Virus record (IMG/VR): IMGVR_UViG_3300025913_000021
Location: 1 to 64,000 of that record
DNA length: 64,000 nucleotides
Source: a virus
Reading direction: 5' to 3' (one strand)
In this document: positions 9,181-18,439 of the stretch, in pieces
Layout of the letters: every line of letters starts with the position of its first letter
Position numbering within the stretch: the stretch's first letter is position 1
Program-made: the position numbers and the translations under genes
The notes under the pieces: model-generated
What the model was told of the DNA's origin: nothing
Database searches by the model: none
What the model saw: only the letters and a program-made list of their open reading frames with translations

Positions 9181-9712
9181 TCAGGAGGCCAGCAGATGCG
9201 CCACTCGATCGGCGTCGCGCACCTCGCCGGTCACGACACGGCTAATTCGACGCTCGTCCAAACGCAGTTCGACCTCCAGCTCGATGATGCGCGTGCCGTG
9301 GTCGAGCAGGAAGTAGAAGTACGAGAGCCCGTCCGCGACGGGCACCTCACCGAGCAGCTCGGCGTCCTCACCCTTCGCCTGGAGGTACTTGGTCGCCGAC
9401 AGCAGGAGCGGATACGGGGAAGTGCTTCCGTTGCAGGGTCTCAGCCACGTTGGTGACGGCGCGCTCGAAGCTGAGGGCGATGGCGCTGAGCCCGTAGACG
9501 ATGGAATCGAGGACGACCTCGCGCTGGATAGGGTCGAGGGTGACACCGGCTGCCTCCCAATACTTGATCATGAGGCCCAGCTCTTGCACGACGAGCTTGG
9601 CATGGTCGTAGCTCACCGCCCTGAGGTGAGCAGCGGCCTTCGGGGACAGCAACCGGATGACGGTCAGAAGTTCCTGACCGTCATCCGGCCCGAGGTCAGG
9701 CTGGTCCGGCAA
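9181..9712 (-). CDS. Hypothetical protein split by an apparent +1 frameshift near 9416
   Basis: GC3 codon bias moves from ORF 9368-9712 to ORF 9181-9546 at CAC TTC CCC GTA. Confidence 0.5.
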
Positions 9713-10067
9713 CCAGCTCTGCCTGTGCCCGGAGGCTTATCCACGGCCGCGTGAGCTGCTGGACCACGCTCGCCGGGATCATGTCGGCGACGAGGATGGC
9801 CATCACCGCGTCGGCGACCGCGTGCAGCGCCTTGGTGTCAGCAGCCCAATCCTGGTAACGGAACACGGACTCGAACCACCGGCCGTCGATTGCGCGCCCC
9901 GAGACCTCCAGGGCGTCCTGGACCATCGCGCAGTGCGCGAGGTAGTCCCGGTTGGGGTCGCCCTCGTAGGCCCGTGACAACGCGATTGCCTGCTCGCGCG
10001 TCATCGTGAGCGCATCCTCGATGACCTCGTAGCAGTCCTCTGCGTGGGGCCCCGTGAGGGTGCTCAT
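9696..10067 (-). CDS. Hypothetical protein
   Basis: 123 aa, GGAGG RBS. Confidence 0.65.
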   Translation of the reverse strand: MSTLTGPHAEDCYEVIEDALTMTREQAIALSRAYEGDPNRDYLAHCAMVQDALEVSGRAIDGRWFESVFRYQDWAADTKALHAVADAVMAILVADMIPASVVQQLTRPWISLRAQAELVAGPA

Positions 10068-10341
10068 GGTGATTCGCCTCCTTCCGGCTTACCGAACGTT
10101 ATTCGGATCATCGGTGTCTCGGAAGCGCGAATAGCGAATCGGACATGAAGAAGCCAGCCCTGGGAGTCGTGTTGGGCGCTCGCGCAATGCGATTGCCGGT
10201 TCGAGCCGTAGGGCTGGCAACAAGGTGAACATACTCCGCAGCCCAACCTCGGGCCATCTCAGACATGGCCCGAGGCGGGAGATGCGGATCACCCCCTTGA
10301 TCAGGGCTGCGGTGCTGCTATCCAGTTCTGCGCGGCTGGGG

Positions 10342-10536
10342 TCACAGTTCCTCCTCGATGACGTAGGGATGACTCGCTCGGTCCATCTGGAATGGCGAGC
10401 GCTCGGGGCACTTGCTGCACCCCGGCCTGCGGACGCCCTGCTCTGACCACGGAGCCCAGGCGTGGGAGGGTCGCGCCGAGTTCAGCGCGACGATCATGCG
10501 GCGACGACGCTCCTCGGGCGTGACGGCGGTCGTCAT
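10342..10536 (-). CDS. Small Cys/His protein with C-terminal tag YVIEEEL*
   Basis: ATGA-coupled start; MTTAVTPEERR...CSKC...HPYVIEEEL. Confidence 0.7.
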   Translation of the reverse strand: MTTAVTPEERRRRMIVALNSARPSHAWAPWSEQGVRRPGCSKCPERSPFQMDRASHPYVIEEEL

Positions 10537-10850
10537 GGCTGGATCAGGTTCTCGCTGTCGGCGCGCTCGGAGTTCAGGAACTCGTGCTGCGCGGGCCACT
10601 TCCTCGCGTACTCGTCCAAGAGTCGATCGTGCCACTTGCGAGTGAGGTGCCGGTGGCACGTGGTCCACGCCGTGCCCTCGACGTGGTGCTTGCCGATGCG
10701 GAAGCAGCTCACGCACTTGCGGTGCTGGTAGAACAGCACGACACCCGCGAGCAGCGTGACGTTGCTGATGTTGGCCGCGAAGCCGGACCACCACAGGTAG
10801 TAGGCGCTGTCCGGGCTGTTGACACCCAGAAAGTGCGCCAGCCAGGTCAC
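10533..10850 (-). CDS. Membrane protein with Cys/His motif
   Basis: TM segment then CVSC...CHRH; GTGA coupled. Confidence 0.65.
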   Translation of the reverse strand: MTWLAHFLGVNSPDSAYYLWWSGFAANISNVTLLAGVVLFYQHRKCVSCFRIGKHHVEGTAWTTCHRHLTRKWHDRLLDEYARKWPAQHEFLNSERADSENLIQP

Positions 10851-11221
10851 CCGAGTTCCCATTCGTGGATGACGTAGAGGTGAGCGCCGGGGTCGTCCAT
10901 GTAGATCGACCCGGCCGCGCAGTCCTGACAGAACAGCCGGTGGTCCATCGCGAAGTCGTAGTACGGACGGCCGTCCGAATCCAGCATCGGGTTGAAGGGA
11001 TGGTCGGGCCGCTCGGAGATCTTCCGCGCCGATTCGACGAGCCCGGGCAGCACCATCGGGAAGCAGCTCGTGCGATCGACGAAGCCACCGCTCGACTGGA
11101 TCGCGGGCTGCTGCCGGATGCGTGGGTCGCCGTTGTAGACGTGACTGGACCCGGCCACGTGCAGGTACCCGTCGGGAGAGCCCGCCGTCGTGATCGTCCA
11201 GGTGACCGTGCTCGTGGCCAT
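10847..11221 (-). CDS. Hypothetical protein with tag HLYVIHEWELG*
   Basis: ORF track; CQDC motif. Confidence 0.65.
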   Translation of the reverse strand: MATSTVTWTITTAGSPDGYLHVAGSSHVYNGDPRIRQQPAIQSSGGFVDRTSCFPMVLPGLVESARKISERPDHPFNPMLDSDGRPYYDFAMDHRLFCQDCAAGSIYMDDPGAHLYVIHEWELG

Positions 11222-11273
11222 GCTCTTATCATCGGCCACACACGGAGCTGAGTCACTTGCCCCGGAACGGGCG

Positions 11274-11308
11274 ACAGCCCCCGCCGTTGGAGGACAGGCG
11301 GGGGCTGT
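11274..11308. terminator. Hairpin terminator
   Basis: ACAGCCCCCGCC / GGCGGGGGCTGT. Confidence 0.6.
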
Positions 11309-11502
11309 GCTTGGACCTAGATCATCGGTGCAGACCGGCACCTCGTCCAGAGTCCGACGGCGTGTCGTCGTCCTTCTTCTTCTTCGAGCCGGTCGGCGTC
11401 GCGCTCGCCGCTGCCGTCTCGCTGCCGTTGTCCTGCGGGTCAGGGTTCTTCGGCCCGCTCGCGCTTGCCTGGTCCTGCTTCGACACCTGGGTGCCCTGGT
11501 CG

Positions 11503-11928
11503 TCAGCCACGTCTCTCTCCTCGCATCAAGTCCTGGAGGTCAGGCACCTCCTGGATCACGTACTCCGGTGCTCCATGCAGTATGTGCCGCCAGCGACCAC
11601 CGGCAAAGGTCAGCTCGACGGCCACCTGCGACCAGCCGAGGATGTCCTTCGCCCGCACGCGCACACCGGAAGCCTTCCCACCCATCAGCTCGCCACGAAA
11701 CCGAGCAGGCCCCTCGGCGGTGCAGTTGGTGACCATGCCTCGGCCGAGCTTGTTCATGTTCAGCGGCATCCAGCTCGCGCCGCCCGTGTCGGTGATCTCC
11801 AGGACGACGAGTCCACCCTTCTTCTCCGGGTGGAACTCTCCGATCTCGATCAGGAGATTGCCGGTGCCGGTGAAGAACATCGTGATCGCGTCGAAGCTGG
11901 GCACGATCTCCACGCTCGCGCCGATCAC
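11503..11928 (-). CDS. Hypothetical protein with tag YVIQEVP-DLQDLM
   Basis: GTGA-coupled start at 11928. Confidence 0.65.
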   Translation of the reverse strand: MIGASVEIVPSFDAITMFFTGTGNLLIEIGEFHPEKKGGLVVLEITDTGGASWMPLNMNKLGRGMVTNCTAEGPARFRGELMGGKASGVRVRAKDILGWSQVAVELTFAGGRWRHILHGAPEYVIQEVPDLQDLMRGERRG

Positions 11929-12290
11929 AGCCCCAGCTCCCGGATCACGTACAGGTGCACCTCGGGCCGGAAGGCGTTGCGGTAGTCGGCGTCCTGCCAG
12001 CAGTCGGCGCACACGATCGCCGGTTCGCTCAGCTCGCCCGCGTCACCGATCGGGTACTGCGCGTCCTTCGGGTGCCACTTGTGCGAGACCTGCGTGGGGG
12101 ACGCGCCGAACGAGCCGAGCGAGGCCCAATCCCTGTCCGCTGGCGCATACACGTTGGGCGGCATGCACACGTGGTCGCGGCGCGCGACGTACGCCTGTCC
12201 TCGATGGACGACGATCGCGCCCGCGTCGTAGCTCTTGGTCGCATCGGCGGTTCCGGCGAAGTGCGTCGGCGCTCCCCTGCTGAATTTCAC
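11925..12290 (-). CDS. Hypothetical protein with tag HLYVIRELGL*
   Basis: GTGA-coupled start; CADC motif. Confidence 0.65.
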   Translation of the reverse strand: MKFSRGAPTHFAGTADATKSYDAGAIVVHRGQAYVARRDHVCMPPNVYAPADRDWASLGSFGASPTQVSHKWHPKDAQYPIGDAGELSEPAIVCADCWQDADYRNAFRPEVHLYVIRELGL

Positions 12291-12622
12291 GGCTCCTCGT
12301 AGATCACGAAATCTTGCGGGAACGACGAACCGTCCTGTCGGTACGCCAGCACCGGCTGCGTGATCCCGTGCTGGCGCATGAACTCGACCTGCGAGTCGAT
12401 GATCCCCTTCTGCACGTCGCACTCGACCTCCAGCCCGTCGATCCGCTTCTGCAATGCCTCCAGCGTCTGACCCTGCGTCTCCTTCTGGGCATCGAGGCGC
12501 TCGTGCATGCCCTTGATGGCGGCTTCGCGCCGACGCACCAGCTTGAACAGGAGGTGGATCATCCAGCACGCAATCCCCAGGAGGACGGCCAGCACGGCGA
12601 TGATGGTCAGCGCCCACGCCAC
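12287..12622 (-). CDS. N-terminal TM plus coiled-coil protein with tag FVIYEEP*
   Basis: ORF track. Confidence 0.7.
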   Translation of the reverse strand: MAWALTIIAVLAVLLGIACWMIHLLFKLVRRREAAIKGMHERLDAQKETQGQTLEALQKRIDGLEVECDVQKGIIDSQVEFMRQHGITQPVLAYRQDGSSFPQDFVIYEEP

Positions 12623-12685
12623 GCGACGACTCTAACGTGAGACCGAACATTCCGACGAGACATTCAGCGAGCAAAGGAGAAGGAC

Positions 12686-12868
12686 ATGGCTTCCGGTAGC
12701 GGCGACCCGCAGTTCGGCCTCCCCTACACCGGCACCCCGGTGCAGCAGGACTCGCGCGACGGCAAGGTCGCCACCGTGCTCGACATGAACCGGATGGCGG
12801 CGCGCACGATCACCGAGCACGCCGACGACGACCACTACACGGACGACGGCAACCTCTACCACGAGTGA
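12686..12868 (+). CDS. Hypothetical protein
   Basis: AAGGAGAAGGA RBS. Confidence 0.6.
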   Translation: MASGSGDPQFGLPYTGTPVQQDSRDGKVATVLDMNRMAARTITEHADDDHYTDDGNLYHE

Positions 12869-13036
12869 AGTGATCTGCTCGTCGTGCGGGCTGCGGATCT
12901 TCGCCGACTGGCACGCCATCGCGTCTGATCGACGCGGCCTGCACCACGCGTTCTGCTACTACGACACGACGATGGTGGTCATGCTCGTGCCGCGCATCCG
13001 GCCACCCGTCCGCCGCCCGATCAGGATCTCGCTGTA

Positions 13037-13396
13037 GTGGCCCGCCGCCGCATCACGGAGGAGCGCAGGCGCGGATTCGCCCAAGCGATGCGCGAGCACC
13101 CCACCGAGGCCGAGCGAGCCTTGCAGCAGGCGTTCTGGCGGCTACACGTCCGGCCGCGACGCCAAGCGATCGTCTCGGGCTACATCGTGGACTTCTACTT
13201 CCCCCGGGCGAAGCTCATCGTCGAGGTGGACGGCTACTACCACTTCACCTCGAAGGGTCAGTCGGCCGACCGAGTTCGGACGCGCGTCCTTATGAGCAAG
13301 GGCTTCACGGTCATCCGCTTCCCGAACAGTCAAGTCCTCAAGGACCCGGGACGTTGCGCCCGAATCGTGCTGCAAAGGGTTGCGCGAGCCGCATGA
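13037..13396 (+). CDS. DUF559 / Vsr-like endonuclease
   Basis: PTEAERAL...RRQ...YIVDFY...LIVEVDGYYH...DRVRTRVLMSKGFTVIRF. Confidence 0.85.
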   Translation: MARRRITEERRRGFAQAMREHPTEAERALQQAFWRLHVRPRRQAIVSGYIVDFYFPRAKLIVEVDGYYHFTSKGQSADRVRTRVLMSKGFTVIRFPNSQVLKDPGRCARIVLQRVARAA

Positions 13397-13516
13397 CGAG
13401 GTAATGTTCGGTTTCACATCGGGCTCGTGGAAGGCGCAGGGTTTCGGGGGGACCTCGGGAGCGATCCACGAGCCCGATGTCTTGCGTTCGGGGGCGCTCA
13501 GGTTTTGAGCACGAGT

Positions 13517-13711
13517 TCAGTGCACGAAACGCACCATTGAAGCGCCAGTGATGCACGAGAGTCGGTCATTGCAGTAGCGCACGTTCTGCCGGATCGGGAA
13601 ATCCACGCCCTCCACGGCGACATCGAAGCTCAGCACGCTGATCTGTGCATCCGGGCGTTCATCGCCGCACACGTGGCACGTCCAGGTCATCGTCGTGAAG
13701 TCGAGCGTCAT
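13517..13711 (-). CDS. Small zinc-binding protein
   Basis: CHVC...CNDRLSC. Confidence 0.6.
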   Translation of the reverse strand: MTLDFTTMTWTCHVCGDERPDAQISVLSFDVAVEGVDFPIRQNVRYCNDRLSCITGASMVRFVH

Positions 13712-13728
13712 CTAACGACCGCCTAACG

Positions 13729-14097
13729 CTAGGGCTGCTCGATGATGACGTAGCCCGGCACGATGTAGGTATCGACGCCAGCAGCGTGCGCGATACCCAC
13801 CATGTGAGCCGTTCCGCGTCCACCCGGGAACGCGATCACCAGATCGGGCTTGAACTCGACCAGCATTCGCTTGTTGCGGATCGCTCCAGCAGCCTTGCCA
13901 TGCTGATCCCAGTCGGCGCGGTACTCACGCCACCGCACCTTGCGATCGACGGCCCAGAACTTGCCCCAGCGGTCGGCACCGGCAGCCCCGCCTTGAGCCA
14001 GTTCCGTGATCGGAGTCGTCTCGTGGATCTTGTCCAGGATCTCGTTGACCCGCTCGTGGTCGGCGTAGTCGCGACCACCGCAGACGAGCACCCTCAT
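13729..14097 (-). CDS. SLOG (YspA-like) protein with tag YVIIEQP*
   Basis: MRVLVCGGRDY...GGAAGAD...ADW..HGKAAGAIRN..ML...PDLVIAFPGGRGTAHM. Confidence 0.85.
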   Translation of the reverse strand: MRVLVCGGRDYADHERVNEILDKIHETTPITELAQGGAAGADRWGKFWAVDRKVRWREYRADWDQHGKAAGAIRNKRMLVEFKPDLVIAFPGGRGTAHMVGIAHAAGVDTYIVPGYVIIEQP

Positions 14098-14438
14098 ATG
14101 GACGGACATTCGTGAGCAGGCAGCTCGCAGGGCTCCAACCACCACGCCTGCACCTCGTCGGGACAGCGCAAGAGCTGCTTCATCAGGTCGGCCTCGGTGA
14201 GCTGATAGCCCCGGAACTGCGCCGTAATGATCATCGAGTCGAGACCTTTCTGATCACACGAGGCGTACTTCTCGTAGATCAGATCCAAGACGGCCTGCCG
14301 CTTCGCAGCGTCGATGTCCGGCTGGATCTGCCCCCGCATGACGATGCGGTCGATCGTCTCGTCCAGGGACTTCCGAGCAGCGGCGACCCGTGGGTCACGG
14401 CGTTCCAGCTCCGCCAGGTGTCGTTCCAGGGTGTCCAT
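14094..14438 (-). CDS. Hypothetical protein
   Basis: GAGAGG RBS; coupled to the SLOG gene. Confidence 0.6.
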   Translation of the reverse strand: MDTLERHLAELERRDPRVAAARKSLDETIDRIVMRGQIQPDIDAAKRQAVLDLIYEKYASCDQKGLDSMIITAQFRGYQLTEADLMKQLLRCPDEVQAWWLEPCELPAHECPSI

Positions 14439-14890
14439 CGAACGTCCTCTCTGCATTCCGAACATTCTTACGTGGACAGCGGGTGTGTGTCACGGGGGCA
14501 GTGCCATCCTTCTTTACCCGCATCCATCGACCACAGGTCGGACAACGCATGTGCCCGCGCAAGCACCGCTTCTGCCAGGGATTCCAGCCACCGTACGGAC
14601 TCGGAAATTCGGACGTTGGTCCATATCCGCGATGACCGCAGACCTGGCACGTCACCTTGCGACTGAGCGGAGTGTCGTAGGCGAACGTGACCTCCGGTCC
14701 AGGAACCGTCACGACAGGTTCGGCTGGTACGGCGACGGTCGGCTCATCACGCGACGACGAAGCCACTCGATCTTCTCGAACATGTGCTTCTTGCATGCCC
14801 CCTTGTCGGCCTGGAACGACTTGTACGGGCACCCAGGAACGATGCACGGGTGAGTCGGCTTCTCGTAGCGACCCTCCTTGCCGATGAGCA

Positions 14891-15217
14891 TCAGTAGCCA
14901 CGCTCCGCATGGGCATGCTTCTCGAACTCCGAGCGGATGACCTTCTTCCCGCAGGTGTCGCAGACCCAGTAGCCGACCTTGCGATCAGGTCGAAGGTTGA
15001 CGAAGCGCACGAAGCCGCGAGCAGTGGACCACGCCGACTTCTGCACGGTCGGATACGCACGGTCCTGGGAAGGAACGGCGTCCAGGACTCCCAGAATCAC
15101 TTCGGCTTCTCGGAGGAACTGAGCACGGTTCGACTCCCAGTCGTAGTCGTGCTCGCTGTTCGCGATCTCCCACAGCTTCCGCGCGACGACTTCGAGTCGC
15201 TCTTGCTGCTCGTCCAC
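14891..15217 (-). CDS. Hypothetical protein with a C-terminal CxxC...H motif
   Basis: Coding-like 3' part of ORF 14891-15559; start uncertain. Confidence 0.55.
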   Translation of the reverse strand: MDEQQERLEVVARKLWEIANSEHDYDWESNRAQFLREAEVILGVLDAVPSQDRAYPTVQKSAWSTARGFVRFVNLRPDRKVGYWVCDTCGKKVIRSEFEKHAHAERGY

Positions 15218-15299
15218 TCCAGGACCCCTCTCCAGGACGGCTCCGCATCCGCAGCGGTGGGCTAGCAGGTGATCATCGTGCCAGCGAGTGCATCCATGC

Positions 15300-15875
15300 A
15301 CCTCGCCTCGATCATCCCGCCACTCGACCTGCACTCCACCCCGCCCAACTCGCCTCCATGCTCCACGAGCTTTGCATCGAGTGGAGCACCGACGCCGTTG
15401 TCCTCGTCCGCCAGCTCTCCCTGGGTTCCCCACCGCCGAGAAGTCGATCTCGGTGGCCGTCTCCGCCACGTAGCCGTATGGACTGAGGGTTCCGTATGCC
15501 GTACGCCCGCACTCAATACTGCGCCGGGGCCCAACCGGCATCGGGCAGTAACCCTGCAACGGGGATCAGTGCCGAGGGTCAATCGGCCCCGGGGCTCGGT
15601 TGACGGTGGCCCGATCACCAAGGTCTCGGTTATCGCTGGTATCGCTGTTATCGCTGGTATCGGCTGCCCTCGGCGGGACGAAGCTACCACGGCTTCGTTC
15701 GAGATCGGAACATGCTCTCGGGGACGTTTTGACACGCTGAGAGAGCTTGCGACCAAGCATTCGCGTTGGCTACTGTTCGGCTTGCCGGACGGTGACTCGC
15801 ATCCCCCGTGCGCGATCCTCACGGCAACTGCGGCCCACCTCGTCGAACCCCACCCCGATAGAGGTGGGCCGCTCC
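15300..15875 (-). ncRNA. Candidate large structured non-coding RNA
   Basis: No convincing ORF; many nested inverted repeats (15830-41/15861-72, 15782-87/15822-27, 15571-78/15667-74). Confidence 0.35.
15629..15664. repeat. Tandem repeat, 4 x 9 bp, G(T/G)TATCGCT
   Basis: gttatcgct ggtatcgct gttatcgct ggtatcggc. Confidence 0.8.
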
Positions 15876-15878
15876 ATG

Positions 15879-16049
15879 TCACGGCTCCTCGGCGATGACG
15901 TACACGCCCTGGAACTCCTCCTCGGTGCTGACGAGCCGGAACCACGAGCCCATCCAGATGTACGCGCAGCCGGTCGCCGGGTCGAACCAGCAGTCGCCCT
16001 CCTCCGGGTTCACCGGCTCCTGGTCACCGACCATCCGCATCGAGATCAC
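15879..16049 (-). CDS. Small protein with tag YVIAEEP*
   Basis: GTGA-coupled start. Confidence 0.7.
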   Translation of the reverse strand: MISMRMVGDQEPVNPEEGDCWFDPATGCAYIWMGSWFRLVSTEEEFQGVYVIAEEP

Positions 16050-16351
16050 GGCTCCTCCTGGATGGTCGGCGGGTCGAGGTAGCGGCACTCGTACTCGCAC
16101 ATCAGGTAGTCCGGGTGGCCGCACATGCACTGGCCATCGACAGCGGCCGGGTGCATCGACTCGCCGTGGTACTCGAAGTCCGGCTCGTCGATGTCGAAGC
16201 CGATCGGGTCCACGTGCCCTGGGCAAACGCCGAGGATCGCTTCCAGACGAGCGTCGATTTCTTCCTCCGTGATCATCGCGGCCCACTGCTCGGCCAGCTC
16301 GTGCACCTCGGTGAACAGCGCGGCCAGTTCTCTGAGTTCGTCAGCGTCCAT
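16046..16351 (-). CDS. Acidic Cys/His protein with tag PTIQEEP*
   Basis: ORF track. Confidence 0.7.
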   Translation of the reverse strand: MDADELRELAALFTEVHELAEQWAAMITEEEIDARLEAILGVCPGHVDPIGFDIDEPDFEYHGESMHPAAVDGQCMCGHPDYLMCEYECRYLDPPTIQEEP

Positions 16352-16386
16352 ACCTATTAGGTCCAGCCGACGGCCCAGTCGTGAGG

Positions 16387-16569
16387 TCAGGGCTCCTCTT
16401 GGATCAGATACATGTTGTCGCCGTGCAGCCAGCCGACCTTCTTGGCGATGTCCAGAGCGATCATCCGGTCTCGCGCGCGGCGCAGTTCGTACTCGCTCGT
16501 GAAGATCAGCTCGTGCTCGGTCCCTTCGTGCGTAACCGCCACCAGGATCCAGGTGGGGACGACGGTCAG
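16387..16569 (-). CDS. Small protein with tag YLIQEEP* (probable CTG start; not in the ORF track)
   Basis: Manual translation (L)TVVPTWILVAVTHEG...GDNMYLIQEEP. Confidence 0.6.
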   Translation of the reverse strand: MTVVPTWILVAVTHEGTEHELIFTSEYELRRARDRMIALDIAKKVGWLHGDNMYLIQEEP

Positions 16570-16736
16570 GGCTCCTCCTCGATGATGTAGATCATGAGCG
16601 AGTTGAAGGCGATCGACAGTTCCAAGTACACCTCGTTGAAGGGTCGGTGCTGAGTCGAGGCGACGTTCTCGACCAGCTCGTTGAACAGTTTCCGCGCGTG
16701 CAGATCCTCGTCAAGCGCGGTCTCGATCGGATTCAC
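16566..16736 (-). CDS. Small protein with tag YIIEEEP* (not in the ORF track)
   Basis: Manual translation MNPIETALDEDL...SLMIYIIEEEP; GTGA coupled. Confidence 0.7.
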   Translation of the reverse strand: MNPIETALDEDLHARKLFNELVENVASTQHRPFNEVYLELSIAFNSLMIYIIEEEP

Positions 16737-17029
16737 ACGAAGGGGCTCAAGGGCGGGAAGTCCATGCGGGCCACGACCATCGTGATGACCTCGATGCTGG
16801 CCGAGCGTGGCCCCATCAGGCCGATGCCCATGAGCTGCGCGTCCATCGGTCGGTCGGCCTCGAAGTGGCTGGAGAACCGCGCGATAGCGAAGCCCTCATT
16901 TGACACGGCCTTCTTCACGACGACGTGCCGTCCTGCCAGGGCTGCCGTCTCCTCGACCCATTTCTGATGCTCGTCCAATTCCGACTCCATGCCGTTCATG
17001 ACGAGTTCGACGTGATACTCCAAACCCAT
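16733..17029 (-). CDS. Hypothetical protein (untagged)
   Basis: TAATG-coupled start. Confidence 0.65.
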   Translation of the reverse strand: MGLEYHVELVMNGMESELDEHQKWVEETAALAGRHVVVKKAVSNEGFAIARFSSHFEADRPMDAQLMGIGLMGPRSASIEVITMVVARMDFPPLSPFV

Positions 17030-17304
17030 TAGGGCTCCTCCTGGATGGTGTACTGCCAGGTCGCCCAGCGGTAGATCATGCCGTGCGGTGGCTTGAGGGA
17101 TGGTCGGAAGATCGTCTGTTCACAGCGCAGGCACTCGGCCGTGCTCAGATAGGCCGCGCGCATTTCGTCCACCGGTTCGTGGAACCGCAGTATCCGACCG
17201 TCGAGCGCCTGGCAGAGGAAGCTGAGTCCCCAGCTCCCCGACTTCGGAATGAGCTGGAAGGCTTCGGGCGTCCAGTCCAGATAGATCGTGCGCGTGCCGG
17301 TCAT
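17029..17304 (-). CDS. Small Cys protein with tag YTIQEEP*
   Basis: ORF track. Confidence 0.7.
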   Translation of the reverse strand: MTGTRTIYLDWTPEAFQLIPKSGSWGLSFLCQALDGRILRFHEPVDEMRAAYLSTAECLRCEQTIFRPSLKPPHGMIYRWATWQYTIQEEP

Positions 17305-17537
17305 GGCAGCTCCACGATCTCGTAGTCCTCATAGCGCGCCGCGAACTGCTCGTCGGTGTACCAGCGGGAACCGACGACCTTGAGCGCCTTGCAGTGCTGC
17401 CCGCAGTGCGCACACGTGCCCTGGAGGAACGGGAGGGACTCGAACGCGAGCCGTCGCTCTGCCGCCACGCGGTGTAGCCCGTTGACCGCGTAGAAGCAGT
17501 TGACCTCCTCGCGAGGATGGGGGACTTGAATGGTCAC
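17301..17537 (-). CDS. Small Cys protein with tag YEIVELP*
   Basis: ORF track. Confidence 0.7.
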   Translation of the reverse strand: MTIQVPHPREEVNCFYAVNGLHRVAAERRLAFESLPFLQGTCAHCGQHCKALKVVGSRWYTDEQFAARYEDYEIVELP

Positions 17538-17752
17538 GGCAGCTCCGAGATCACGTACTGCGGCCAGTCGGTTTCCAGGGCCGCGATGTGGTCGGCCTTC
17601 GCCTTCTCAACCCTGGCGACGCGAGCCTCCACGTCGAGTCGGTTCATCAGCACGCTGATCCCGACCTGGACGAGCACGATCGCGACGCAGGCACCGTAGA
17701 TGCAGACGAGCAGCACGTCGCTGATGATGCGACTTGCGAGATCACTGCTCAC
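17534..17752 (-). CDS. Small membrane protein with tag YVISELP*
   Basis: GTGA-coupled start; one TM segment. Confidence 0.7.
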   Translation of the reverse strand: MSSDLASRIISDVLLVCIYGACVAIVLVQVGISVLMNRLDVEARVARVEKAKADHIAALETDWPQYVISELP

Positions 17753-17928
17753 GGTTCCTCCTGGATGACCAGAAGTGGATCTATCTTGCTGTACCGACCG
17801 CGAGAGCTGACCTGCGCCGTATGGGTGATCTTGAAGCCCGGGTAGGGCAGGTGGCACCAACTCAGCGACTGGTCGTCCCAGTAGATGTAGTGGCCGCAGG
17901 TGTAGCACACCCGCATCCAGCGGCTCAC
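17749..17928 (-). CDS. Small Cys/His protein with tag LVIQEEP*
   Basis: GTGA-coupled start; CYTC. Confidence 0.7.
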   Translation of the reverse strand: MSRWMRVCYTCGHYIYWDDQSLSWCHLPYPGFKITHTAQVSSRGRYSKIDPLLVIQEEP

Positions 17929-18149
17929 GGTTCTTCCTGGATGACGTACTCCGGGATGCCGGTGCGGTGCTCCATGCACTCGTAGGTCTGTCGAGCGCCG
18001 ACGAACATGCACCCGCAGTGCATCGTGAAGTGGTACTGGTTCACGTTCTTCGCCTCACGCGCGCGGAGCGCTGCGATGCCGAGCGCCTGGTGCACGTCGC
18101 TGCTGACGCGAGGTCGGCGCTGGCCGGTCTCGTACCACTCATCGCTCAC
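17925..18149 (-). CDS. Small Cys/His protein with tag YVIQEEP*
   Basis: GTGA-coupled start. Confidence 0.7.
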   Translation of the reverse strand: MSDEWYETGQRRPRVSSDVHQALGIAALRAREAKNVNQYHFTMHCGCMFVGARQTYECMEHRTGIPEYVIQEEP

Positions 18150-18439
18150 GGCAGCTCCTCGATGACGAACGGTCGCGTCCGCCACGGTGAGGTGGTGATC
18201 GTGCCTTGGAAGCGCTTGTCCTTCGACGGGTGCGCGGTCACGTCGCGCTCGATGAGTCGCCCGCAGCCGCTACAGGTGGCCTCCTGGCCAACCCGGGGTA
18301 CGGTGCTGGCCGGAGCGCGCTGCGAGTACGCCGCAGGCAAGTGGCCACCGATGCTCGTCGGGCATTCCTCGTTCCACCAGCGCAGCTCCTTGCGGATGCG
18401 TCGGTGCGTGCGCTTGCGCTCGTTGCGGCCACGGGTCAC
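18146..18439 (-). CDS. Basic Cys protein with tag FVIEELP*
   Basis: GTGA-coupled start. Confidence 0.7.
   Translation of the reverse strand: MTRGRNERKRTHRRIRKELRWWNEECPTSIGGHLPAAYSQRAPASTVPRVGQEATCSGCGRLIERDVTAHPSKDKRFQGTITTSPWRTRPFVIEELP

Noticed and set aside
15840-15875. tmRNA 5' end (GGGG...TTCGAC)
   Set aside because: No matching 3' T-arm or acceptor end and no tag reading frame found.
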